A stretch of DNA of 64,000 nucleotides from an uncultured Nitrososphaeraceae archaeon (GCA_963779615.1 CAVZZA010000003.1:352001-416000), one strand, 5' to 3'; counted from the stretch's first letter, positions 22,988-34,253 are shown. The notes: generated by a model not told the origin, from the letters alone. Program-made: numbers and translations.

Positions 22988-23297
22988 ATGTCCCTCCTCT
23001 CAAAGTCTGAAACCCTCTACCTGCAGGGCCAGAAGCCGGTTTCAAAGTCCTATGAGTACAAGTTAAAGTCCGTCATCAGGAAAAAGATGGCCCACCTGTT
23101 GGACAAGAAGCTGCCGCTCTTGTCATCACTTTTCCCCAAACTCAACCTTACTGGATTTGGTAAGGGAGGAGGCCCTCTCAAGGCGACGATCCCGGGTTCA
23201 AATCCCGGCCGGAGCATTTCCTTTTCTGTTCCAGACTATTCCAACAATTGCGACAACAACGGCAAAATTTTATCAAAAAGCTGTACAGAAGATGAAA
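22988..23297 (+). pseudogene. Integrase N-terminal part, int(N), reading through attR
   Basis: The ORF runs through the att repeat (GGPLKATIPGSNPGRSISF...CTEDE) and is in frame with int(C) after excision. Confidence 0.8.
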
Positions 23298-23779
23298 TAC
23301 TGTATGTCCAGGCAAACAGGGCAAAAGGGAAACCACATCCAAATCACGCAGGATTATGAATCCTAATTTTTTGGCAATTCAGCAATTTAATTTGTTTTTA
23401 GTTATTTCATCAACACTATTGTCAGCATTTGACAAAATGGGTCTCGTCAAAATACCAAATTTAAGACTAACAATCTGAAATCAAGGCAAACATGGCTTTA
23501 TGATGCTATTATGAAATAATGGCTGCTGCACCATGTATTATTTGTTAACTAATGGTTTTTTTGGATAGACGAAATACCCATATTTGGATTGCCCGGCTAT
23601 GGCGTTCCAAACAAAAAACAAAAACACTACATTATTACATAAAAAAATGAGCCCGACATTTTACTATAGAAATAAGTATAATAATCATACTATTTTTTTA
23701 AGTATAATAAACTCCTAAAACATTTGCAGTATATATTTACCCATTATTAATATGCAATAAAATCATTAGTAAGTTAAGT

Positions 23780-24004
23780 ATGAAAAACATATCTTTTTTG
23801 TTGATGATGGTGGCAATAACATCACTATTAGTTGCAGGAATAACCTCGACTACAATGCAGGCGGATGCTTTTAAAAGTAAAAATTCGCAAAAGGGTACAA
23901 ACTTCTGTTATAGATCTGATGGTTGCGACCAATCCAACATAGGACAACAGGCATCAGGCAAAAATAACAAATTAGTTGGATTTACCGATCAAAGCACAAA
24001 TTAA
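23780..24004 (+). CDS. Small secreted protein with a Cys-pair/GFxDQS motif
   Basis: Signal peptide followed by NFCYRSDGCDQSNIGQQASGKNNKLVGFTDQSTN. Confidence 0.7.
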   Translation: MKNISFLLMMVAITSLLVAGITSTTMQADAFKSKNSQKGTNFCYRSDGCDQSNIGQQASGKNNKLVGFTDQSTN

Positions 24005-24120
24005 GTTACAACCACTACAATCATATAAACCGATACAAACCTTATTTTTTTATGTTTAATGACCTAATTGTGTTTTGTCATATAGGACACAATAAAACAA
24101 CCAAAAGACCATCATCTTTA

Positions 24121-24206
24121 CTTCCCAACCTCGATTTTACCGAATTCGGTAAGGAAAGGAGCCCCTCAAGGCGACGATCCCAAGATTCAAGTTCCGCCTG
24201 GAGCAT
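24121..24206 (+). repeat. Degenerate third att copy (int(N) tail plus tRNA-Glu 3' half)
   Basis: TTCGGTAAGGAAAGGAGCCCCTCAAGGCGACGATCCCAAGATTCAAGTTCCGCCTGGAGCAT aligns with 23156-23217. Confidence 0.75.
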
Positions 24207-24933
24207 AGGTTTTAGTATCTCTTCTAAAAAAAGGTAACAATTCTTTAAAAACAAAAAAATGACAAATATATGAAAATAACGTATCGTCTATAAGTATCAC
24301 AGAATCAGTCAAATCATAAAAAAACATCAACCAATGAGATCACCGAAATCAGCAATATTGGCAGAACAGCAGCAACCACTATAATAACCGGCCAATGATT
24401 TGGCGGCATCAAAAAGTACACGAAAATCAAATCAAAGTACAAATAGCATGAAGAAAAAAAAATTAGTTACGCCAAAAGATTTTACTATATCCTAGAAGTA
24501 AAGAATGCCCAAGGTTTATCAAAACAATCTCCTGATGGCAAATCTCATACTAAAATCATCAGCATTTTTGTCAACAATAAGTGAACTTGTGAAAATACAG
24601 GAATTTAATTACCATAAATCAAAAACAATTCTCAGCCAGACCGATAATATGGCAGAACATAAAAAAATATAATAAAAATAATAATTGTTGTTGGGGGAGT
24701 TGAGGGTTTCCTCCAGCAGTAATTTTTAATTTTTGTTTGCCCTCCGTGCAACAGTCTAAAAAACATAATTACAGCATCTTCCCATTGTAAAATAAAACAA
24801 GAGAAAAACATTATGAAGATGAGGATACACAGGCTCACCATATTTAGACCCACATTCCGGAGGCATTAAGAAAGTTACACTCGACATATATACTATTATA
24901 GTCCCAAATCATAAGTTTAAACTAAATAAATTT

Positions 24934-25560
24934 ATGCTAGACATAATCAATTCTATAACCTCACTCATTTCATCATTTGGGTATTATGGCATATTCATTG
25001 CTGCATTTGTTGAAACCATTTTCCCACCAATACCTAGTGAGGTAATTTTTCCATTAGCTGGTTTTGTATCATTTAAATCCAACTTTAGTTACCTCCAAAC
25101 ATTTTTAATGGCCTTTTCAGGAGCTTTAGGAGCTACAATAGGCTCCATCATAATTTATTTTTTATCTTATAAAATTGGCAGGAAAGCAATAATAAAAATA
25201 GGAAAATATGCATTTGTAAGCGAGAAAAAGATAGAAAAGACTGAATATTGGTTTCAAAAGTATGGAGTATATGCTGTTTTCTTGGGCAGAATGGCACCGG
25301 GAATAAGAGAAATAATAAGCATTCCAGCCGGAATATCCAAAATGGACATTAAAAGATTTGTAGTATTTACGTTTTTTGGATCATTGATATGGAGCACTCT
25401 TTTGGTGTTTGCTGGGTTTTACTTTGGCAACACATGGGAATCTTTCTCTACCTCTTTACAAAAAGTTTTTTCAATCATTACCCTATTGTTAATTTTGGCC
25501 ATCGCCATTAGTTTAATTTATTTTTTCTTTATAAAAAGAAAGAAAGTCAGTCAAACTTGA
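24934..25560 (+). CDS. dedA: DedA-family membrane protein
   Basis: ETIFPPIPSEVIFPLAG, GRMAPGIREIISIPAG. Confidence 0.9.
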   Translation: MLDIINSITSLISSFGYYGIFIAAFVETIFPPIPSEVIFPLAGFVSFKSNFSYLQTFLMAFSGALGATIGSIIIYFLSYKIGRKAIIKIGKYAFVSEKKIEKTEYWFQKYGVYAVFLGRMAPGIREIISIPAGISKMDIKRFVVFTFFGSLIWSTLLVFAGFYFGNTWESFSTSLQKVFSIITLLLILAIAISLIYFFFIKRKKVSQT

Positions 25561-26295
25561 CATTTTTTCCGCAACTTTATTCTTTATTTTTGGAATGACT
25601 TTGACTTTTTTTCGATATATGCATTATTGTCTTTTATAATTACACAAATAGAATTTAACCATTATTAAACAACACCAATATACAAAAACAAAATGAATTA
25701 AAGAAAAAGCCGGTATTCATAATGATAACTATTTTTGTTATTCTTCGCATAAGTAACATTCTATCCAGCAATCCCATAAAAAAAATGAGAATGCCTTTAA
25801 AAACCGATTTCAAATGATTTTGAGATTAAGCACTATGTTATGACATCAACTACAAAAGTCAAACCACTTAAGCAAAATAAAAAAACAGTGCAAAGAGGTA
25901 GGATTTATTTTACACCTGAAGCAATTGAATCAAAAAGGCATAAGAACACAATTCAAAAAATGAATTCTGAACACAGGCCAATCCAAAAAATGGAGGACAA
26001 AATCAGAAACAATCAATGATTATTGCTACGTTTGCAAACCTTGCTTTGGAGGACATCCAGTTGTTTGAGATGATCTACCATCAGTAACATTAGGCAAGAA
26101 TTAGGTGCCAATCCAAATGAAAAATGTTCTTGCATCTTTTAGCGATATTGGCAATAACTTTTAATCATCTCGCTGACGCTCAAAGGTCCAAGACATATGA
26201 CATAGATTGACATTGACAAGCTGCTTTGATAAATTAGCACGGATTGTCGAACTATATTAGAAATGCCGATTGAAATTTAGAATTTAGACTCATTT

Positions 26296-26583
26296 TCAAA
26301 GAGCACATAAAGTATTTGTTTGGGATTTTAATTTAAATTGTATAACACATCGATTATCAGAAAGCAAATAGAGATTGGGCCCATCCTTCGTAACCGCAAT
26401 TATCTTGAAGGAATTAACAACTCTATCAACAAATAAATCAAAAACCATGTTACAAGTCAATATCTCAAAAAATGTTAGGTTCCTTCCGGTTTTCGGGTCT
26501 TTGAGGTTAAGTGACAAGTCATCATAATCAAATTCATAGTAAAAATCAGGATTTTTAAAGAAATAATTTATTTGAGGCACCAA
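26296..26583 (-). CDS. Hypothetical protein
   Basis: 95-aa ORF; no motif. Confidence 0.35.
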   Translation of the reverse strand: MVPQINYFFKNPDFYYEFDYDDLSLNLKDPKTGRNLTFFEILTCNMVFDLFVDRVVNSFKIIAVTKDGPNLYLLSDNRCVIQFKLKSQTNTLCAL

Positions 26584-27264
26584 ACTTCATATCTATTTTC
26601 TTTATTAAAAATAGCGATAGAAACTACAATTCACTTGATAGACTGATTTTTTAGTGTAATTTATTAGATTCCGGTTTGTTTCTCATTTTCTCCTATAACA
26701 ACATTCAAGTCAATTTTATGACTGTCATCCCAACATCAGTAAATAATAATTCATGGAGATTTTTAACAACATACAACCTGATAGAGAAAAGGTTATTCCG
26801 TCTTGCATTTGACATTTACAATGCAATTTATTGCGATAAACTTAAAGCATCCAGATCATTTTAAAAGTTTACTTTTATTTTGATACCGTTATTCAACATG
26901 CATTCATTTAACTTAAGCCATATCAATATTAGTTATCGAGATAAAACACATATTTTCATTCGACCAGTATTTCACATTAATTAACAACAGATGAACAATA
27001 CAAAAAGAAAAAAAGGTGGCTTCGGAAATTGAGTCATGTTACCCCAATGATATGACATAAAAGAAAGATGACCGAACTTATTCGTAATATTCCTCTTTTA
27101 TGTTAAAGAATAACATCAAAATTTTTACATATAAAATGGGGGATTTAGATTATGGGTGGATGTTACAAAGGTGACTCGATTTCCCTCACTCACTTTCTGC
27201 AAATTAGTAACTTTACTTTATTTAATTAACTCAAAAAAACATATGGCGTGGGTCAAGCGAATAT

Positions 27265-28017
27265 CTATAACGAAATCCTCATCACAGCAACACCAGCACT
27301 ATTGCTTGAATCGGCTCCACTACCACCATCATCAGTAGCAGCAGGCTTGAGAGAATTGGACTCCTCCTGACTACTGGCAGGCTTGAGAGAATTGGACTCC
27401 TCCTGACTACTGGCAGGCTTTAAAACACTTGCCTGACAGGATTGCTTATTGCCATATTTATCAGTGTCCTGAATCACTTTAATGCATCCTGTGTATGTGT
27501 CACCTATATCCAAAAGACCTTTACCAATCTTCAATGGAACAGATATAAGCCCATTGTTATCATCCTCAGGGTCAAGCAGTGGTACTGGATTAAAGGTTTT
27601 TGATATTTCCTGACCAGTCTTTGTTGTTATCCATACCTTGACCTTTATGGTTGAGTGGTCTATTCCGTCTATCTTCATCACAACGTCTGTGGAATTCTCT
27701 CCTGCCGCTGTCTTGTCCTCATTCAGATTGGTACTGCTTTGATCGTTAAACCCAACCACTTTGTTGTCACTGCCCGCTGCAGCTTGGTCCTCATTGACCT
27801 GCTTGCAGATGTCATCGGATACATCACACGAATTGCCCTGGCCGCCCTTTGCGATGTTTATGGGACCTTTTTCTTGCCCTGTATCTCCAATATCAAAAGA
27901 GGTAACTCCATTTGTAGAGGGTAAAGTCATTACGGAAAACACAGAGACTAAGGTTAATGATAACAGTGTAAATGTAGCATATGATTTTACTGTTTTATTG
28001 ATTGTTTTCACTTTCAC
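27265..28017 (-). CDS. Secreted protein with Cys-pair/GFxDQS motif and a 36-bp tandem duplication (27341-27420)
   Basis: Signal peptide; NSCDVSDDICKQVNEDQAAAGSDNKVVGFNDQS; KPASSQEESNSL x2. Confidence 0.75.
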   Translation of the reverse strand: MKVKTINKTVKSYATFTLLSLTLVSVFSVMTLPSTNGVTSFDIGDTGQEKGPINIAKGGQGNSCDVSDDICKQVNEDQAAAGSDNKVVGFNDQSSTNLNEDKTAAGENSTDVVMKIDGIDHSTIKVKVWITTKTGQEISKTFNPVPLLDPEDDNNGLISVPLKIGKGLLDIGDTYTGCIKVIQDTDKYGNKQSCQASVLKPASSQEESNSLKPASSQEESNSLKPAATDDGGSGADSSNSAGVAVMRISL

Positions 28018-28759
28018 CTACCATCTTCATATTTAATATTTATAGGCACTGGATGTTTGTTATTTAGAAAGGCTATCAACATTTTCTACTGTTGCAGATG
28101 ATGAAGTTGCCACATTAGATAAAATACCAAGGGTAGTAATATCAAGAAATAATTTGATTCGATTTTGAATATGAAATCACTCCTTTTCTTTTTTCATAAT
28201 AGAAAATAAACATCAAAGTTATCTCCTGGGCAATAGCAATGTATGTTGAAGTCGCACATGTGAAGTTTGATGATATTATTTTAAAATCAAAGTAAAGGTG
28301 AATGTACGCATTTTAATACGCCACTCCGCACTTATTGTAAACATGAAATGCCTCATCTTCTTTATTTAACTCATATTCCTTTTTACCATACTAGGCCACC
28401 ACCATAATTCCAAAAAATCATACAAAAAAGAAATATCTCCCCACTTATATGAAGAAATTTGGTTGATATATGGCAGGACCAAATTGTTATCAACAATGGA
28501 TTTACCCAATGCAGTACAAGAAAATCGTTATAGGATATTATTTGTTGCCCTATAGGGATTTAGTAGATTACCAAATCTCCATTTGATGATGAACAATAGT
28601 TCAACTATAAACAAATCAGACAAAGGAAGATTTTATTGCCAATAAAGTTGATATTTGGAAAAAGGTAGACGCAGAAACAAAAAATGAATTTATCCATTCC
28701 AAATATTACTTAACAGGCATTTTAAAACAAAAGATAGTTATTTTATTTTTCAAGTTGTT

Positions 28760-29163
28760 GGTCACAATGGCAATGGCAGGTCACAATGGCAATGGCAGGT
28801 CACAATGGCAATGGCAGGTCACAATGGCAATGGCAGGTCACAATGGCAATGGCAGGTCACAATGGCAATGGCAGGTCACAATGGCAATGGCAGGTCACAA
28901 TGGCAATGGCAGGTCACAATGGCAATGGCAGGTCACAATGGCAATGGCAGGTCACAATGGCAATGGCAGGTCACAATGGCAATGGCAGGTCACAATGGCA
29001 ATGGCAGGTCACAATGGCAATGGCAGGTCACAATGGCAATGGCAGGTCACAATGGCAATGGCAGGTCACAATGGCAATGGCAGGTCACAATGGCAATGGC
29101 AGGTCACAATGGCAATGGCAGGTCACAATGGCAATGGCAGGTCACAATGGCAATGGCAGGTCA
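28760..29163. repeat. Perfect 19-bp tandem array (GGTCACAATGGCAATGGCA) x21 plus 5 bp
   Basis: Counted directly; no spacers, no variant units seen. Confidence 0.95.
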
Positions 29164-29446
29164 ATCAGAGTATGTATATACACAATTAGCATATAAAGAA
29201 AAAGCAATACGGAACTTCTCCATCGCCAAAAGTTTTATACACTAGTAGAATGAACCTGTGTACTTTAATACACCAATTATTAATGAATTATCCATAAGTA
29301 CATCTATGCAGGATTCAGTTATATAACAGCAGAAGAGAATAAGACTGGATATTCTCAAATCATCCACTTGAGGGATGTTATAACCACTATAACCACTATA
29401 TATAGGCTTCCACTCGAGGCTGGCACATATTTTTGGATTTTTTTGT

Positions 29447-29913
29447 AGCACACCCACCATGGCAGCACACCCACCATGGCAGCACACCCACCATGGCAGC
29501 ACACCCACCATGGCACCCCACCATGGCAGCACACCCACCATGGCAGCACACCCACCATGGCAGCACACCCACCATGGCAGCACACCCACCATGGCAGCAC
29601 ACCCACCATGGCAGCACACCCACCATGGCAGCACACCCACCATGGCAGCACACCCACCATGGCAGCACACCCACCATGGCAGCACACCCACCATGGCAGC
29701 ACACCCACCATGGCAGCACACCCACCATGGCAGCACACCCACCATGGCAGCACACCCACCATGGCAGCACACCCACCATGGCAGCACACCCACCATGGCA
29801 GCACACCCACCATGGCAGCACACCCACCATGGCAGCACACCCACCATGGCAGCACACCCACCATGGCAGCACACCCACCATGGCAGCACACCCACCATGG
29901 CAGCACACCCACC
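29447..29913. repeat. 17-bp tandem array (AGCACACCCACCATGGC): 26 full units, one 13-bp variant (29515-29527), final 12-bp partial
   Basis: Counted directly. Confidence 0.95.
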
Positions 29914-30324
29914 GTTCCATCTAACTCGACAATTGAGATGCTGGACCTGATGAGGTACAATTTATTCATACAGTCAAATTTGATTTAACATCAAGGATCA
30001 GTTGGTTTTCTAAACCCTACACTATTGAAACATAGAATGACCACATAAACAAGTAGGTTACTACAACTACTGCTTCTTTTTTTGCATGATTATATAGTTT
30101 TTTTACTGACTACTTTTAAAAAAGAGGTTTGATGTTGCTAATGAGTATAATTTAATAAAAACTGAACCTAATCGCATCTAACAACCACCAAAAATTTAGT
30201 TATGCAACTAACCAAATATCTATCACATTATTTTAGTTCTCTACACATAACAACAAAGTGGTATAGGATAAGAATCTATTAACAGAAAAGCTAAACTATC
30301 ATTGGCAGTCAGGTAAACAGAGTC

Positions 30325-31056
30325 ATGTATAGCAACGAAACAAGGGACCTAAACGTGATTGAAAAAGTACAAACCCGTGTTTCTCACACCTTAGAGAACA
30401 ATGGACTTTTTATTGATTTAAGCATTGAACACTGTAAAAAGTACCTTCAGAGGAAAATAAATTCAAAAACTCAGGTTGTGATAATGTATGTGGATATTAA
30501 CGGTTCAACAAAAATGGCACGCGATTTACCATCGTCAAAACTATCACTAATCATACAAATTTTTTCTCAAGAAATTAGCCTATCTATGACAAGTTATGGA
30601 GGATACATTTTAAAATTTGTAGGCGATTCGGTTATTGGTCTTTTTCCTTCAGAGCATAACCCATCCAAAGCCCTGGAGAACTCTTTTGCCTGTGCAATAC
30701 ATATCTTAAACATCATTAAAAACGGAATTAACCCCATTTTCACAAAATACTCTCTACCCCAAATAAATGTCAAGATCGGTATAGACCACGGTGACGCAAT
30801 AATTTTGGTATATGGAAAAAATATCGAATTTGCCCATATTGATTTAATAGGATTTAGCATCAGCATAGCTTCCAAAATCACATCTCTGGCATCCCCAAAC
30901 GAAATCATAGTTGGGCAAAACGCATACAACCACATGAAAGACGATCAAAAGAAATTTTTTGTTGATCTGACTTCAGAAAAGGAATCAAAATGGGATAGCG
31001 TAATGAAATACAACAATGATATGAAATACAGAGTCTTCAAATATCAAAAAAGATAG
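30325..31056 (+). CDS. Class III adenylate/guanylate cyclase domain protein
   Basis: MYVDINGST, LKFVGDSV, KIGIDHG, DLIG..ISIASKI. Confidence 0.88.
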   Translation: MYSNETRDLNVIEKVQTRVSHTLENNGLFIDLSIEHCKKYLQRKINSKTQVVIMYVDINGSTKMARDLPSSKLSLIIQIFSQEISLSMTSYGGYILKFVGDSVIGLFPSEHNPSKALENSFACAIHILNIIKNGINPIFTKYSLPQINVKIGIDHGDAIILVYGKNIEFAHIDLIGFSISIASKITSLASPNEIIVGQNAYNHMKDDQKKFFVDLTSEKESKWDSVMKYNNDMKYRVFKYQKR

Positions 31057-31083
31057 CGTATCCCTTACGGTTGTTGCAGTCTG

Positions 31084-32175
31084 TTACTTTACAAAAATCT
31101 TTATTGCTTGTGGCGGGCAGACGTTCTCGCATGCCAGGCAAAATATGCAGTCCTTTTCCCTAATCATAAAGGGTTTTTTTTCGGATGCCGGGTGGCCCGG
31201 GGTGTCAAGCCACTCATAAACATTTACTGGACAGGCATCAATGCAGGCACCATCGGATACGCATATGTCAAAGTCCACACAGACGTCGGTTCCCCATATC
31301 CCCAATTGACCGGGAGCGTCGTATGGGCCCCACACCTCAATTCCCTGGAATTTCCCAACGGGCTGTCTCTTTGACTTGAACCCCATGTCAATTGGCCCTT
31401 CGGCCGCAGCATGATCTGTGCCGGTGCCCGTCAATGATATAGTAGTGTTACCGAGTTTTCCACTTCCGCTACCACCGCTTGGTGCGGCTGCTGAAACAGC
31501 GGCGGGTACTACTTCTGCCATGGGCTTGGGTACAGATGGAGATGGAGCATTTGTAACTGAGTTCTCCATTTTAGGAGCAAGGGATTTATCAATGCCGGAA
31601 GATGATAGCTCAGGCACAGGTGCTTGTTTACCGGCATCTTTCATTTTCTTTATAGCATTTGCAAGAGGAGTTAATTCGTCTAATTTTTTTATTGCGTCCT
31701 GTTGAGAAAGCTTTTGAATTTTTTGGTAATAAACAAGCAATTTTTGTTTTATTCTAGTGTTTTGGATTACAGTGTCAATAATAATTTTTGCAAAATGATC
31801 TACTTTAGATCTATAGTCTTTTACCCAATAAAAATCACCAAATTGCTCCAATGGTTTTATTTGATAAATTAAATCAATAACCTCTCCAGTGACTATTTCA
31901 ACAGTAACATCCAAGTTAGCAGTCTGCTCTTTGTTTGAATAAATATCAAAACCTTTTTCATTCCATTTATGAGTAACAAATATTCTATCTGCAAAAGTAT
32001 CCAAAGTAAAACCAGAACTTTTCAAATCATTCATAATACTATTAAACTCAGAGGGTCCTGTGATATCTACAGGAAGTCTAAAGATTCCAACTTTAGAGCC
32101 ATGAGTAGGATATATACCTCTTTTTGCAACCTCAGAAAGCATTACCCAGACTTTATCTGAAAGCAAGAAAGACAT
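31084..32175 (-). CDS. Dicluster ferredoxin fused to a long unknown N-terminal domain
   Basis: C-terminal ~120 aa almost identical to the product of 524-1219. Confidence 0.85.
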   Translation of the reverse strand: MSFLLSDKVWVMLSEVAKRGIYPTHGSKVGIFRLPVDITGPSEFNSIMNDLKSSGFTLDTFADRIFVTHKWNEKGFDIYSNKEQTANLDVTVEIVTGEVIDLIYQIKPLEQFGDFYWVKDYRSKVDHFAKIIIDTVIQNTRIKQKLLVYYQKIQKLSQQDAIKKLDELTPLANAIKKMKDAGKQAPVPELSSSGIDKSLAPKMENSVTNAPSPSVPKPMAEVVPAAVSAAAPSGGSGSGKLGNTTISLTGTGTDHAAAEGPIDMGFKSKRQPVGKFQGIEVWGPYDAPGQLGIWGTDVCVDFDICVSDGACIDACPVNVYEWLDTPGHPASEKKPFMIREKDCIFCLACENVCPPQAIKIFVK

Positions 32176-32924
32176 TTATAATATTGTTTTGAGGTTGAGT
32201 ATATTAAAATGTATTTATACATGATTTTTTAAGACGCTGTTAAATTGTAATTGAATATTAATTTGAATTGCCTGTAATATTTTGCATATTCTCCAATAAT
32301 ATATCTTCTGATTATATTGGCAATAAAGGCATTGGAGAAATCCTCATTGCCACGCTTTTGTTTTTTGAAGGAGCGGATGCAGTCACCAAACAATTTGCGA
32401 ATTAATACATCGTGATGTGAAGAAAAAAACAAGAATATTCAGCAATTATTAAAACAGGCCAGTCTTTATGAGAACCCACTTTTTTCACTTGAAAAAGATG
32501 GATAACGGACAAAAAAAAAGACAAGTGATTTAATAAATTACAAATAACCACAGGTTAACCCCAAATGAGGTATAGAAAGATTAGCTCCGATGATTGCCAT
32601 TTACAGATACGGCAACTACCCGAAAAACAACACAACGTTAATAAAAATGAAATACCTTTCACAGGTTAATGTTATTGAATTCCTATTCTGCATAACAACA
32701 TTTTTTCCATAGTATTGTCAAAAACGGACTGTTTCAACACAACAATTTCAAACCACATAAAATAAACAACAATGAGGTGAAAAAGACATGGTAGCAAATA
32801 TTGATTTTGCATGTTATAGACACGGACCAAACTGACTTACTATAATTTGATTTTTGGTTTTACTGCATCAATATATCCAATATCACCTTGTCCCTCCATA
32901 TAGCACCTTTGTGTTTCGTAAAAA

Positions 32925-33272
32925 CTAATCATCAGGACAAGTTATTTCTTGAATTTCACGATATCGCTTTTCCATAACTTGTGCGTTGTTTTCCACTTCT
33001 TGCATTGAAAATTTATTTTTTGGATAATACCATCTGATATTTACTTTATGACCTCTTCCATCCATATCATAAACCACACCTTTATCCGACAAGACATTTT
33101 TTTCCGAGTCATTTGTTTTTTCTTTAACTTCTAATCCACGTTTTGTTTTATCCTCTAATACCCAATTATTAGCATCTTCAAACATAAAATAGAATTTTCC
33201 TTTTTTGAGTAAAGACAAAGAGGGAGAAGGAGAAGGAGGAGAGGCAGATGTTTGAGAATTGGCAAAGTCCAT
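32925..33272 (-). CDS. Hypothetical protein co-transcribed with the sulfurtransferase
   Basis: 13 bp downstream of the rhodanese gene on the same strand; ends CPDD. Confidence 0.7.
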   Translation of the reverse strand: MDFANSQTSASPPSPSPSLSLLKKGKFYFMFEDANNWVLEDKTKRGLEVKEKTNDSEKNVLSDKGVVYDMDGRGHKVNIRWYYPKNKFSMQEVENNAQVMEKRYREIQEITCPDD

Positions 33273-33285
33273 TCAATAAACCACC

Positions 33286-34134
33286 TTATTTTTCTATTGG
33301 GTTTCCGATCATATTGCCCCACTCTGTCCAGGAGCCATCATAATTTTGTACAGATGGATATCCCAAAAGATATTTAAGTACAAACCACGAATGAGATGAA
33401 CGCTCGCCAATCCTACAATAGCATATTATATCTTTATCAGGAGTGATACCGAGGTTTCCGTATAGCGATTCCAATTCTTCAACGGACTTGAAAGTACCGT
33501 CTTCTTTTATGGCCTGAATCCAAGGAATATTTTTTGCCCCGGGAATATGTCCACCTCTTTGCGCATGTTCCATAGGATATTCAGGTGGTGCAGTTATCTC
33601 TCCATTAAACTCCTTTTGAGAGCGAACGTCTACTAATCCGACTTCAACCTTTTGGAAGGAACGTTTAACATCATCTAAATAAGCCCTTATGCCCTCATCT
33701 GGAGCAGCTGCAACATATTTTGAAGGTGTTGGTTGTGGCTCTTCCTTAGTATATTGTCGGTTTTCAGATTCCCACTTTTTTCTACCACCATTCATTATTC
33801 TGATTTTTTTATGGCCAAAATATTTGAAAACCCAAAAAGCAAACGCTGCAAACCAATTATTAAAATCACCATACAACACCAGTTCTGTTTCAGGAAGTAT
33901 GCCAATACGGGACATTAAGCTTTCGAATTGAGTTTTATTTATGATGTCACGGGTTGACAAGTCATTGATATCCTTTTTCCACCAAACCATATAAGACCCG
34001 GGAATATGACCTTCCTTATACGCATTTTCAACATCATAATCGACTTCAAGTATCTTTATAGACGGATTGTCAAGATTGTTATTTACCCATTCTGTATCAG
34101 CTAAAACATCCTGATTAGCATATTGCTTTGTCAT
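33286..34134 (-). CDS. Tandem-domain sulfurtransferase (rhodanese)
   Basis: GHIPGS/GHIPGA, LVDVRS, active-site YCRIGERS, YDGSWTEW. Confidence 0.93.
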   Translation of the reverse strand: MTKQYANQDVLADTEWVNNNLDNPSIKILEVDYDVENAYKEGHIPGSYMVWWKKDINDLSTRDIINKTQFESLMSRIGILPETELVLYGDFNNWFAAFAFWVFKYFGHKKIRIMNGGRKKWESENRQYTKEEPQPTPSKYVAAAPDEGIRAYLDDVKRSFQKVEVGLVDVRSQKEFNGEITAPPEYPMEHAQRGGHIPGAKNIPWIQAIKEDGTFKSVEELESLYGNLGITPDKDIICYCRIGERSSHSWFVLKYLLGYPSVQNYDGSWTEWGNMIGNPIEK

Positions 34135-34253
34135 CGGTATTTAATATTTCAAACTAGATAATATATTTACCACATTGACTGTTAGTGGATGCAAAGATTA
34201 TTTAAAAACAATAAAATATGACAATATAACATGATTGATTTGATATTTTAATA

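Larger units (their letters stand above)
16728..23297 (+). mobile_element. Integrated element at tRNA-Glu with SSV1-type split integrase
   Basis: 126-bp direct repeat at 16728-16853 and 23172-23297 containing the tRNA 3' half; integrase fragments at both ends. Confidence 0.9.

Noticed and set aside
23172-23216. Second tRNA-Glu gene
   Set aside because: Only the 3' half is present; it is the attR copy.
28755-29988. Long repetitive ORFs (MAMAGHNGNGRSQWQWQVT..., HPPWQHTHHGSTPT..., VGVLPWWVCCHGGCAA...) and a possible CRISPR array
   Set aside because: The ORFs arise in all frames because the stop-free units are not multiples of 3. There are no unique spacers and no cas genes, so this is not CRISPR.
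850-31453. Diversity-generating retroelement TR/VR pair for the duplicated ferredoxin segment
   Set aside because: No reverse transcriptase in the window, both copies are coding, and the differences are few and not adenine-specific.
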